A stretch of 63,103 bases of DNA, the filler included, from Squatina squatina (lineage: Eukaryota), in assembly GCA_031763465.1 (NCBI GenBank). It is 4 parts of 4 records of this genome, joined end to end, with 100 filler letters (N's around TTAATTAATTAA, not from the genome) between each part and the next. Parts side by side here need not be neighbours in the genome. Positions count along the whole stretch, not along the records: positions 20,286 to 34,270 come from JARFOE010000115.1; positions 34,371 to 50,568 come from JARFOE010489563.1; 2 more parts are not named here. One strand, given 5' to 3'. Below, piece after piece: positions 26,441-37,842 of this stretch. Every line of letters begins with the position of its first letter. Position 1 is the first letter of the stretch. Both the position numbers and the translations under genes were made by a program. Under the pieces are notes generated by a model. It was not told where the DNA came from and ran no database searches. It worked only from the letters and a program-made list of their open reading frames with translations.

Positions 26441-26734
26441 GTGAGTGTAATATTGTATTCCATGGTTAAATGTGGTAAAAGTGGCGTTATTATAGTGCTT
26501 TGTACAAATGAAGTCATTGATCATGTAATGACAATGGTGCCATGGTTATCAGTAGCCTTGAGGCAAATGACACACCTTCTTTGTGATGACATGGAGTGTG
26601 AAGATGTGTGAGTAGTATGGACCCTAATGCAGTTGTGCTAGTATATGCAGGTGAAGCTGTTAAATAACCGAGCAGAGCAGATGCATACTGTAGGCACAGA
26701 CAGCAAGTACCAATAGTATCAGCAATGGTGTCCA

Positions 26735-26973
26735 TGAAACTAATGGATTCTTGTAAAAACCCATCTGGTTCACTAATGTCCTTTCCTTTAGCCTTAATCA
26801 GTCAGGCCCATGTGACTCTAGACCCACAGCAATGTGGTTGACTCTTAACTACCCTCTGAAATGGCCCAGAAAGCCACTTATTCAAGAAAGTGGCTCAGCA
26901 CCACCTTCTCGTGGGCAATTAGGGACATGAAAATAAATGCTGGCCTTCCCCACATCCCAGGAATGAATAAAAA
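26735..26973 (+). mobile_element. SINE-like 3' part sharing its tail with the LINE at 54211-54568
   Basis: aaaacccatctggttcactaatgtcc body, then caccttctc..gggcaattaggga...aataaatgctggcctt...cccacatcccagga. Confidence 0.6.
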
Positions 26974-26999
26974 TCATGTAGGTTTGTGAGGATGGAGGT

Positions 27000-27095
27000 G
27001 ATAGACAAACAGGATGTTTACAGCAAAGTTTTGAAGAAATTGAAGTTTATGCAGGGTGGAGGATGGGAAACCAGTAAGAGTACTGGGGACTGAAA
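27000..27095 (-). mobile_element. L2 fragment
   Basis: STLTGFPSSTLHKLQFLQN on the reverse strand, homologous to LAGLSHSTLCKLEVIQ at about 15880. Confidence 0.5.
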
Positions 27096-29247
27096 TTAGC
27101 TGCTTCTTAGCGTCCCTATATTGCTGGGCATAGGCTTTGTTGGGGCGGGTGTGCCGCCTCGCTGGATATCGCCAGCCCATTTTGTGGACGTGTCCACAGG
27201 AGACGTTTCCGCGGGCCAGTGCNNNNNNNNNNNNNNNNNNNNNNNNNNNNNNNNNNNNNNNNNNNNNNNNNNNNNNNNNNNNNNNNNNNNNNNNNNNNNN
27301 NNNNNNNNNNNNNNNNNNNNNNTGCGGAACACTTTACCAGGTTTGTAAACCTAAGAATTTACAAACCTAATTATTGATGCTCATGAAACCAGAGGTTTTC
27401 CCAGGAACATGTTATGCAATCCTTCTGATCAAAAGGTTCAACTTTGTTACGTCATGTCATTAAAGACAACTAGTCCAGCATGTAGAATGTATAACTAATA
27501 GGATATCATGGAGTTTGCTTGATTTATATTTCAATGCACGATGGGAAGATTGTTCGTGGAGAAAGTTTTGGAGAATCCTCACGTGGTGGGGTAGAGTAAA
27601 TGAAAAGCATGTGGTTTATGAAAGAACAGGTTTATTGATGTGAATGGCCTTTTCTCAGTACATGCTTTTTGTTTTCATAATCTGGACACATCAACAAAGA
27701 AGGGTCTCGCAAACTAAATTAAGTGATTTAAGGCAATCTGTAGCCACTCTTATTTTTCTTATCCCCAAAAGGCCATAACAGTGAAAGACCAATAATAAAT
27801 GTACAGAAAGGTTTCTCCAGCATTGCGATACTCCATCCACCCATGTTTTCCTAATGGGTCGAGGGAAATCTTAAAGAACCTATTTAGTATTTTAAGATGT
27901 ATTAATTAAAGTCTCAAGTTCTCTGTGAGTCATAGACATTCTTCCATTTTGGAAAAGGTATCATCCATTCCTAACTCAAAAGGGTCAACAATCTCTGCAG
28001 ATCATAAACTTCAACGGGAGAGATGTGAAACAAGCTGCCAACTTGTTATCAGCCATTTTACATGATCACACAAATCAAAATCTATGGCATGGTCCACAAT
28101 AACAAAAACGCTGAACAATTCTTCCCTGTGTTGCGCTGATGCTCAAAACCCCTTCTAAATGTGAAGAAGTCACCCGCATAAGTCGGTGACTAGTTGCCTT
28201 TTGAGCAGCTGTACATAATTCTAGTTTTTTAAAGATTACACTCTTTCCTGGGATACACAGGTACAAACACTTAACACATTCATTGGAAATTCTTCTCTTT
28301 GCTACTTTAGTGGACGTGTTAATCCATCTATTTTAAATGAGTTAATGAATCTGTGAAGGGGAGCGGAATTTTTGAGGGGTGCTTGTATGCTGGTATCACA
28401 CAGTATAATTTCAGTATCCTGATTCCCCTTCATCCTTACCCGTTGTCTGATCGCTCCCAAAAAAGATAAATCTTCCTTTGATATATCCAATTTTACTTAA
28501 AATTTCACTTGCTTTGAAGGTCAAGCTACCATCTGAAAGGACTTAGACTGATCTTAGTCCAGGATTTCTAAATGTGTTCTGCCTTGTTTAAATTTACTGC
28601 ACCACAATTAAAGACAGTTTCTCTCCCTTTTAGCCCTGCATACTTTACAGGACATTTGACAGCTGTCATAAATCACATCTACTCTAATCTTCTTGGACTT
28701 TTTCAGGCCATAAATATTTAATTAAAGACAATGGCAGTATCAGTAGAGGACTTTAAAAATGAGTTTTGTGAAGACAACATTATAGGTTATATCACCCCTT
28801 GGTAACAAAGATAAACTGCATGTTGTAAGAGAGCTGTGCATAAACACCAGCAAGGTCATTAACTCCCTGTAGTGACTTGTAATGTCTTTGTAAAATGCCA
28901 CGTTGGTGGTGTGACTTTGAAGAAGCTGTTTATTTTACCATGTTAAGCCAGTACAACTCCAGAGTAGACAATCCCAGTCTTTGATCGAGCGGATTGCCTT
29001 TACAACAAGAACACTACTTGCATTTATATAGCACGTAGTAAAACATCATTCGCAGGAGNNNNNNNNNNNNNNNNNNNNNNNNNNNNNNNNNNNNNNNNNN
29101 NNNNNNNNNNNNNNNNNNNNNNNNNNNNNNNNNNNNNNNNNNNNNNNNNNNNNNNNNNGGGAGGGGAGGGGAAAGTGGGCATTCTCTTGATTATGGTGGT
29201 TCAACTGGGAAAATTTCATGCTGCTGAGAACAACCTTTTGCCATAAC

Positions 29248-29544
29248 TAGGGTTGCCAGCCCTCCAGGGTTGTCCTGGAGTCTCCAAGAATTGAAGATTA
29301 ATCTCCAGGACACTGCTGTGGGCAATGCCGGGAGATAAATCATGGGGTTCTTTCAACCCTTTTTTATTTGTTATAAGAATGCTGCAGTTTGAAAAGAAAA
29401 GGATGTTTAAATGACAGACATACGGGTAATGACGAGTCTGTTTGCTTTCCAATTGGCATGGGAATGCTGTGCTCTGTTCGTGTGGGGTGAATAATGGCGG
29501 GGGCGTGTCATGTGATGAAACCTCCAAGACAGTTGACAACCCTA
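29248..29544. mobile_element. Non-autonomous hAT (Blackjack/Tip100-like) element
   Basis: Terminal inverted repeats TAGGGTTGCCA ... TGACAACCCTA (10/11 match). No clear 8-bp target-site duplication. Confidence 0.6.
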
Positions 29545-29659
29545 CTTTAAGGATCTGAATCCAGATTTGGGTTCAGCTCTGAAGTCTCCATGGGGGAATA
29601 ATTTGCTGGCAGTGATTTTCTGGGCTCTAAATATGCAGGATATCCATTTGGCCCAAGTA

Positions 29660-29970
29660 TTGGAGGTCTGCCAGTATTGTGGGACCATATCATGTCCCAG
29701 AAAGATTCAACGCATTGAGGAGAGGAGTAGAGAACACCGAGGGTGGGCCAATGTGACACAATACAAATGACTGACACAAGTTAGACACAGCCCAACAGGA
29801 ATTCAGCAGAAGAAACATAATCATAATTGAGTACTTATAGTGGAAAGCATCATCCCCTCCGGTTTCAGAATGGCTCAAATTGTATGTTTCACTTCATGTT
29901 TCTGTATCGTCACAAAGGGAACAGGTGGCTCCACAGCGAAGCTGATTCCTAACGATATGGAAGTGTGTGT
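29660..29970 (+). mobile_element. Possible L1/Tx1 ORF2 C-terminal relic
   Basis: WKASSPPVSEWLK...FLTIW resembles the L1-clade WK...PP...W C-terminus. Highly decayed. Confidence 0.35.
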
Positions 29971-30611
29971 GAATGAGGGAGGAAGTCTTATACAAATGGA
30001 ACACGTTAAATAAAAATAACCATAAATCGACTGCATAGAAAATGATTAAGGGATNNNNNNNNNNNNNNNNNNNNNNNNNNNNNNNNNNNNNNNNNNNNNN
30101 NNNNNNNNNNNNNNNNNNNNNNNNNNNNNNNNNNNNNNNNNNNNNNNNNNNNNNGTGGAATTGTGGGGAGTTGGAAACCACATTTCAACATAAATAGAAA
30201 AGTACTCTGGTTTCCAAATGGAGTATTATAGTCAGGCTCCTGCTAGTTGGATTTACTTGAAGCCTACACAAGGACCTATTTTGCAAGGTTGGGTGCTAAG
30301 ATGTTGCATCAGTCATATCAAAGGTTAATGTTTTTGATGCAGAGCTCGCAAACATGGGAGCTAGAGGCAAGCAAGTGAGCAACAAACGTTTTCTGAATGA
30401 TTAAATAAAGTTTGAAAAACAAAACTCTTGGAAGTGTAGACTCACAGTTGGGTCCTTAACCCCTCCTTTTCCCCTTTGCCTTCAAGAATGACACTTAATG
30501 GTACCTGTATATCTCAAAGTTCTTGTGTGAGATTTTGTGACAAGCTTGTAATTTCTTGCTGTTTGTTCCGATTGCTGGACTGCCACCCCTGAACGTTTGG
30601 CTGGCCATTGT

Positions 30612-30812
30612 ATAGGAACAAGAGGCCATTCTGCACCTCGAGACTGTTCTGCCATTCAGTTAGATCCTGGCTGATCTGTAACTCAACCCCATTTACCCAT
30701 CTTTGCTCCATGTCCCTTGTTACGCTTACCTAGCAAAAATCTCAGTCTTGCAAGTTTCAACTGACCCAGCATCCACGGTCTTTTGGGTTAGAGAGGTTCA
30801 GATCTTCCACGA
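30612..30812 (-). mobile_element. CR1 3' end
   Basis: aggccattctgcacctcgag...ttttgggttagagaggttcagatcttccacgacc on the plus strand is the reverse of a CR1 tail and ORF2 end. Confidence 0.65.
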
Positions 30813-32353
30813 CCTGTTCTACTATATTGTTGCAACCTTGCCCATAAAGTTGAATGGACATTGTTGGCCAACCCCTGGAACTTTGCATGATGTTGCCACT
30901 GAATTTTGCATCCAAAAATGGAGTCGTGCATACCAGTCTGTAATCACACAGCCCTCGGTTTACAGAGTTAGCATTCATTTCACTTTGCCTGGAAATAACA
31001 AGTACAGCTAGACACTACATAAACATTAACTCAACAGGCCAGTTAACCAAACTGCCTCTGACAGACTCAGTTTTCTAGAATTTACCGGACACTTTTGCAC
31101 AATAGCTATAAAACTGCAAGGGTTTCACTTTAACGAAGACTGATAGTATTGCATGGCAGTTTTCTGAAATTCAGTAATGCAAAATTGCCGAGATTTGACT
31201 TTCAATGACACAGTTTTTGAAACCAGTAAGTAGTGCGTACAACCAAGATTCAAAACAGCAGGAGATAAGAACAGGTAAATGATAAAAGTAATAATTAGTG
31301 ATGTTAAGCTTGGATTTTAAAAGCTGATAGATTGTAAGAGGGAGAGAAAACTGAGGGCATTAAATAATTACATAGTTTTGAGATCTTCAGAAAGAGTGAA
31401 TTAGAAGAGTGGACTGTGCATTGTGTCTTCAGACCAACACTGTAACAATGCAGGGAGGTGCAAGCATGCGCAGGAAGTATTCGGAGTTCATTGTAACGTA
31501 ACTATAGTTATCGTATGGATTATTTATGCTGCCATGTTATTGCTTGTACAGACATTCCATAGACAGTATGAAAAGGAAAAAGTGTTTCCATNNNNNNNNN
31601 NNNNNNNNNNNNNNNNNNNNNNNNNNNNNNNNNNNNNNNNNNNNNNNNNNNNNNNNNNNNNNNNNNNNNNNNNNNNNNNNNNNNNNNNNNNAGTTGTGCT
31701 CAAGAATTTGTCGCCCACCCAGTACAAATAAAAATTAGAGGGAACATTGCAGAGGAAGTGCATAATTTGTGTACTTGAACCATGCTTTTGTTCTATTCTT
31801 TCCCTCTCCACTGCATTGAAAGTTGATTGCACATTTCTTAGTTTACAATACTCCTAAGTGACTTGGAATCATGGTGATGCAATATTATCGCAAGCATATA
31901 GGTTTAATAAAAAGCGTCATTACATTAGTTTGTAGTGCAGTAGATACACTTCTAAGGTTGCTGACATAGTGACACTTGAATTGGGCATTTGGAGCAGACT
32001 CTTTCAGGAGCCAAGGCTGCTGAGCATTGTTCAGTATCCCAGCATTGACCATTTCAGGGTGTTGCCGTGTTGGCCATAGACCAGCAATTATATATTCCTG
32101 CAAATTTGTTTTATATAGCTGTTTATCTTCTGTTGTGTTTAGTAAAGTCACTTGTTCTTTTTTTGTAAAAAAAGGAACTTTTTGTTGCATTTGGCAAAAT
32201 TTGAATTGTAGTCTGATCAATGTTTTTCAATTGTTAAATCAATTCTAATCTCTTTCTAGCTCATGAATTGTATCTAATGACTTGTATCTTGTTTTGCAGG
32301 TTTTCTTCAAGAACTCTGGACATTTGGCATATATATCGGATGCCTTGTAAGCT

Positions 32354-32531
32354 ATGGGTATCGTAGCCTTCTTGAAATCTCAGTTCATCTGCCACCTTCT
32401 TATATGTTACATCTTTGTAGTGACTGGACTCATCATCAACCTCCTTCAGCTGTGCACGCTGATAATATGGCCGATCAACAAGCAATTGTACAGGCGGATC
32501 AACTGCAGATTGGCTTACTGCATTGCCAGCC
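32354..32531 (+). CDS. AGPAT4: 1-acylglycerol-3-phosphate O-acyltransferase 4, first coding exon
   Basis: MGIVAFLKSQFICHLLICYIFVVTGLIINLLQLCTLIIWPINKQLYRRINCRLAYCIAS matches the AGPAT4 N-terminus (LKSQFLCHL...WPINKQLFRKINCRLSYCISS). Acceptor ttttgcag ends at 32299; donor gtaagg at 32532. Confidence 0.93.
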
Positions 32532-32674
32532 GTAAGGAAACATTTGTTCAAATTTATTGTTCAGGTCTAATCTANNNNNNNNNNNNNNNNNNNNNNNNNN
32601 NNNNNNNNNNNNNNNNNNNNNNNNNNNNNNNNNNNNNNNNNNNNNNNNNNNNNNNNNNNNNNNNNNNNNNNNNN

Positions 32675-32797
32675 TATACTGATCCAACGGATTACACTAA
32701 ATACGGTAAAGAGAATGCCATAGTTATTCTCAATCATAACTACGAGATTGATTTCCTTTGTGGATGGGACTTCTGTGAAAGATTTGGTGTTTTGGGG
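32675..32797 (+). CDS. AGPAT4: AGPAT4 internal exon (5' part lost in gap), contains the NHxxxxD catalytic motif
   Basis: YTDPTDYTKYGKENAIVILNHNYEIDFLCGWDFCERFGVLG; donor gtaagt at 32798. Confidence 0.93.
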
Positions 32798-34090
32798 GTA
32801 AGTGTGTTTTTATCATTAGTGAAAGTATTCATAGGGTATAGCCTATAGAGCAAACCTTCCAAATGATCATTTTCTTCCAGAGTATTTATATTTAGATCAA
32901 CATCATCATCTCCCAGGATCTAAGGCAGAAAACACCTCCTGCAAATATTTGTTCTTGAATTGGGGACATGTTCATTTAAAAAAAAAGTTAATGCTGATAA
33001 TTCCTGGTCCACTTCATTTGTAGGATAAGTTGATATTACCCTGAAGTGACAGTTTCTTTCTAGCCCATCCAAACCGTTTATAATGGAGTGTTTCAGCCTT
33101 CTGAAGGCTTTCTAGATTAGTATTGTTAATGTGCATCTATCACAATGAAGAGTATAGGTTCATTTCATAGACTATAATTTTGTTTCCTGTCATTTGAGAA
33201 GTCATAAGTGTACTGTATTTTTTTCCAGTCAGATAGCAAGGATCTCAAAGTATTGTGAGTGTAGCTGAAAAAGGATCGCATACCTTAGTGGTTTANNNNN
33301 NNNNNNNNNNNNNNNNNNNNNNNNNNNNNNNNNNNNNNNNNNNNNNNNNNNNNNNNNNNNNNNNNNNNNNNNNNNNNNNNNNNNNNNNNNNNNNNTACTA
33401 CTAAATGCAAGGAGCTTGTGCAGTCCTGCAGATGTTCGATTAAAAACTGCTTTATTTTAGTAAGTGAATGTTTCCAAGAAATTTAGCTAACTTTCTGAAG
33501 TGTTCACATTGACGTTAGTGTTAATAGTGATTATAATCTAATGCTCACTAGTGTTAAAATTACATTTGGCTTTGCAGTGCAGTGCAGTAGAATAGTCTGA
33601 GCACATTGCATTTAAATCAGAAATTCAATAGACTTCGTATGGACTGCCACAATTTATTCTGTTGTGCACTGTCTGGACAGAAAGGTTGTCCAGAACAGAG
33701 CCTACAGCCACACCATTTTTAAAAAGCTCCTATTAATGGGATTGAAGGCACAAATGATTGCTGCCAGTCCTTTACTAATGCAGTCTTAGCAAGGCAATCG
33801 CAAAAATTAAAGATTGGCAGTGAGCCTTCACTTCATGCCTAAACTGGTATCTTAATGATGTACCTTCTGGCCTAAGCTATTGAGAGAGAATGTTTTTAGT
33901 GCTTCAAATGGAACTACTTAAAGGAACCCAGCATTGCCACCAAAACACAGGTTAGATTTTGCCAACAACAAAGCAAGAATGCAGTATTTGTCTCTGAGGT
34001 CACTATTGGTGGCATAGTTTTCTACAGGGGGTTTAAATCTACACTTAACCATTTCTTCTGGCTATGATATTTTCACTGACTTACTTGCAG

Positions 34091-34244
34091 TTTCTGATTC
34101 ACTGCGAAGGAACACGATTTACAGAGAAAAAACACCAGATCAGCATGCAGGTGGCTGAAGCCAAAGGCTTACCCAAGCTAAAATACCACCTGCTCCCTCG
34201 AACAAAAGGCTTTGCACTCACTGTGCAGTGTCTAAGGAATGTAG
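34091..34244 (+). CDS. AGPAT4: AGPAT4 internal exon with the EGTR motif
   Basis: FLIHCEGTRFTEKKHQISMQVAEAKGLPKLKYHLLPRTKGFALTVQCLRNV; acceptor ttgcag, donor gtaaga at 34245. Confidence 0.93.
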
Positions 34245-34314
34245 GTAAGAGTGCAAGTGTTTTGTCATTANNNNNNNNNNNNNNNNNNNNNNNNNNNNNN
34301 NNNNNNNNNNNNNN

Positions 34315-34326
34315 TTAATTAATTAA
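34315..34326. other. Artificial scaffold linker TTAATTAATTAA
   Basis: Same 44N-TTAATTAATTAA-44N structure (34271-34370). Confidence 0.97.
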
Positions 34327-34370
34327 NNNNNNNNNNNNNNNNNNNNNNNNNNNNNNNNNNNNNNNNNNNN

Positions 34371-35157
34371 ATAATAAATTGGGTAGGCTCCAGCTGGAGT
34401 GTTGTGGTAAAATTTGGGCACCAAGCTGTTGGAAGGATATCAAAGCCTTTGAGAGCAGGCAGTTGAGATTCATAGAATGATACAAGGGATGAGGAACTTT
34501 TGACATGTGGAAGATTACAGAAGCTTTTCCTAAACGCAGAGAAAGTTAAGGAGCGTTTTTTATCGAGGGAAAAAACGAGGCTAATGATAAACGTTAGATT
34601 CATAATTCATCTGGAGTATTGCTTCTAATTCTGGCACCTTACTTTGGATGGATGGGAAGGCATTGGAGAGGGTGCAGTACAGATTGAGGAGTATGACTCC
34701 AGGGATGAGGGACTTCAGTTTAGTGGATAGGCTCGAGAAGATGCCGTTGTTCCCCTTGGAGCAGAACCGTTTGATTGGGGATTTGCTAGAGGTGTTCATG
34801 AGTGTCCAGACAGAGTAGATAGAGAGAAACTGTTCCCATTTTTCGCAATGGTCGAGAACCAGAGGTAACAGATTTGTGGTGATCAGCAAGAGAACCAAAG
34901 GTGACACGAGGACAATCTTTGTTTACACAGCGAGTGGTGAGGATCTGGAATGCACTGTCTGAACGGGTGATACAGGCCAACTCAATCGTGGCCTTCAAAC
35001 AGGAATTGTGTGAGAACCTGAAGGGACAGCTGCAGAGCTGCAGGGAAAGCGTGGGCGGTGGGACTGGCTGAAGTGCTGTTGCCGAGACCCGGCACTAGCT
35101 CGACGGGCCGAAGGGCCTCTTTCTACTCTGTAAACATTCTGTGATTCTATGATTCTA
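34371..35157 (+). mobile_element. CR1 ORF2 3' fragments (two tandem pieces) with tail
   Basis: LEYCF.FWHL...LERVQ.RL motifs; ends in tgattctatgattcta. Confidence 0.8.
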
Positions 35158-35159
35158 CC

Positions 35160-36530
35160 TTTTATCTTTCCTGTGTCTTCCCATTTCACCAATCTGTCTG
35201 TGTTCACCTGAAATCTGATACTATGCTCACTGTTTAGTACATTCCCGAGTTATGTGTCAGCTGCAAACATTGAAAGTATGCCCTGTATACCAAATCCCAG
35301 CTAATCCATATATATCAAAAAGGGCATTGGTCCCAACACCGACCCCTTGGGAGGCACCACTGCAAAGTTCTCTCCAGTTTGAAAAACAACCGTGCACCAC
35401 GTTTCTCTACTCTATCCCTTAGCCAATTTCGTATCGACACAGCCAGTGTCTCTTGAATCCGATCAATTCAAATTTGCTAGCAAATCTATCATGTGGTAAT
35501 TTATCAAACGCCATTTGAAACTCTATACACACAACCTGAACTCTATCTTGTTAGTCAAGCACATTTTTTCCTTTACCAAATCCATGCTTGCTTTGATAGA
35601 TTAACCCACATCTTCCAAATGGCAATGAAGCTGTTGTCGAATTACTGTCTCTCAATGTATCCGCACGATGTTACACTGAAAGGCCTGAATTTTCCGGGTT
35701 TGTCCCTCTCCTCTGTTTTGAACGGGGGTATAACACTTGCAATCCTCCACTACTCTGGCAGCACCACGTATCTAAGGAGGATTGGAAGGTTGTGACCAAA
35801 GCCTTTGCAATTTCAACCATTCCATCCCCCAGCTACTGAGGATAGAACCCATGTTGACAGGGTGACTTTCCTACTTTCAGAGCAGCCAAGTATTCAAGTA
35901 TCTGGTCATTATTTTTATCCTCCCAATAACACTACTGTCGCCTCCTTTACTATGACATTGGCAGCATCCATTCCCTCAGTGAAGACACATGCAAATAGTT
36001 ATTTAGTGTTTAAGAAATCTCCTCTGCCTGCACAAAAATGCTTCCTTTTGATCCCTAATCGATCCTATCCTTCCGTTGCCTTTGCTTTTACTATTTATAT
36101 GTTTATGAAAAACTTGCGCTGCCCTTTTTGTATTACCACTGTTATATTCTCAAACAACTTCTGTGCCCCTCTTATTTTCTGTTTCAGTTTTCCGTTGTTC
36201 TTTTCCTATGCAGCTTAGTTTTCTTCCGAATTATCAATTTAAAATTTATTCCATGCCTCCTAAATATGTTTTATTTTAATCTCTGTATCTTTAGTCATCT
36301 AAGTAGCTCTAGACTTCGATGCCCACATTTTGCCTCTTGCGAATGTGTCCAGTTTGTACCTGAACTATCTGTTATTTGAAGGCCGACAGTATCGATAATT
36401 TACTGGTTCATCTGCCAGCCTTTGATTCCAAGCCAACTGAGCCAGATTCATTTTCAACTCACTGAAATTAGCTCACCTCCAACTGAATATCTTCACTTTG
36501 ATTTTTGGCTCATCCTTTTTCATAACTACT
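35160..36530 (-). mobile_element. Decayed CR1 ORF2 (RT region)
   Basis: Reverse strand retains GASQGSVLGP-like (ggtcccaacaccgaccccttgggaggcaccac) and FAAD-like (tgtcagctgcaaac) RT motifs. Confidence 0.65.
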
Positions 36531-36939
36531 CTAATTGAAAAATACTCCGCCTGCCTCACCTCATTCCTTAGCACAAGACCTAATATTGTTTCCTTCCTCA
36601 TTGGGTGACAATGGACTGATCAAAGAAATTCTCTTGTACAAATTTCAGGAATCCCTCCCCCTCGTTGTCCCTTGTGCTAATATTTTCCTGGTCAATATTA
36701 AGTTAACTGAAGTACTTCATTATCACTACTCTACATTTCCTGCATCTTTTTGGAATTAGCCTGAAAATCTGCTCCTGGTGGGGGGATATTTAGGATGGTA
36801 AAGAGGAAAGACAAGGCAATAATGCAGGGCACCGATATGGGTAAGGGAACCAGAGTGTGACAGGAATGGACTGAGCGGACAAACATAAAAGTGCAACAGC
36901 AGATAAGACCAGAGCAGCAAAACATTGTAAAAAAAGACA

Positions 36940-37840
36940 AAATTAAAGGATCTTCATCTGAGTGCTCGCAGCATTCATAACAAGATAGATGAATTGACAG
37001 AACAAATAAAAGTCAATGGCTATGATCTGATAGGCATTACAGAGACGTGAATGCAAGGGGACCAAGGCTGGAAACTGAATATTCAGGGTTATTTGACATT
37101 TGGGAATGAAGGGCAGAAAGGAAAAGGAGATGGGGTAGTTCTATTAATAAAGAATGAAATTAGTACAATAGTGAGAAATGATCTTGGCTCAGAAGGTCAA
37201 GCTGTAGAATCCATTTGGGCGGGGGTAAGAAATAGCAACGGAAATAATCACTGGTGGGATTAGTCTATAGGTCCCCTAACATTAGCTTCATCTAGGAGGG
37301 AGTATAAATCGATAAATAATGGGGGCTTGTAAAAAAAGCTACTGCGACAATCATGGCGATTTTAATCTTCATATAAATTGGACAAATCAAATTGCCAGTC
37401 TTGAGAACGAATTTGTAGAGTGTTACCTGGACAGTTTCAAAGAGCAAAACAGTGTTGAATCGACGAGGTAACAGGCTATTTTAGATCTGGTAATATGCAA
37501 TGAGACTTGGGTTTGAATCTACTGTATTAAACTTAAATAAGGGCAATTACAAAGGAAGGAGGAGAGATTTGGCAAAAGTGGACTGGGAAAACGTATTAGA
37601 GGTTAAGGCAGTAGATAAGCCATGGCAGACGTTTAGGAAGATATTTCATGATACAACAAAGATATATTCCAGTGAGGAGGAAAGACTCTAAGAGAAGGAT
37701 GAACCAGGCATGGCTAACTCAGCAAGTTAAGAATGGATTCAAATTGAAAGAAAAGCATAAAATGTGGCAAAGATCAGCGATAGGTCCGAAGATATAAAAA
37801 AAACACAGGATGACAAAAAAAGAGTGAGAAAATAAATGTT
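36940..37840 (+). mobile_element. CR1 ORF2 endonuclease region, truncated at the satellite
   Basis: SARSIHNKIDEL...YDLIGITET*MQGDQGWKLNIQGY, GDFN-like and LNLNKGNY motifs. Confidence 0.75.
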
Positions 37841-37842
37841 TT

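Noticed and set aside
20286-32290. Parkin (PRKN) exons expected upstream of AGPAT4 by human synteny
   Set aside because: I found no Ubl, RING or IBR coding sequence by eye. The contigs could still be intronic.
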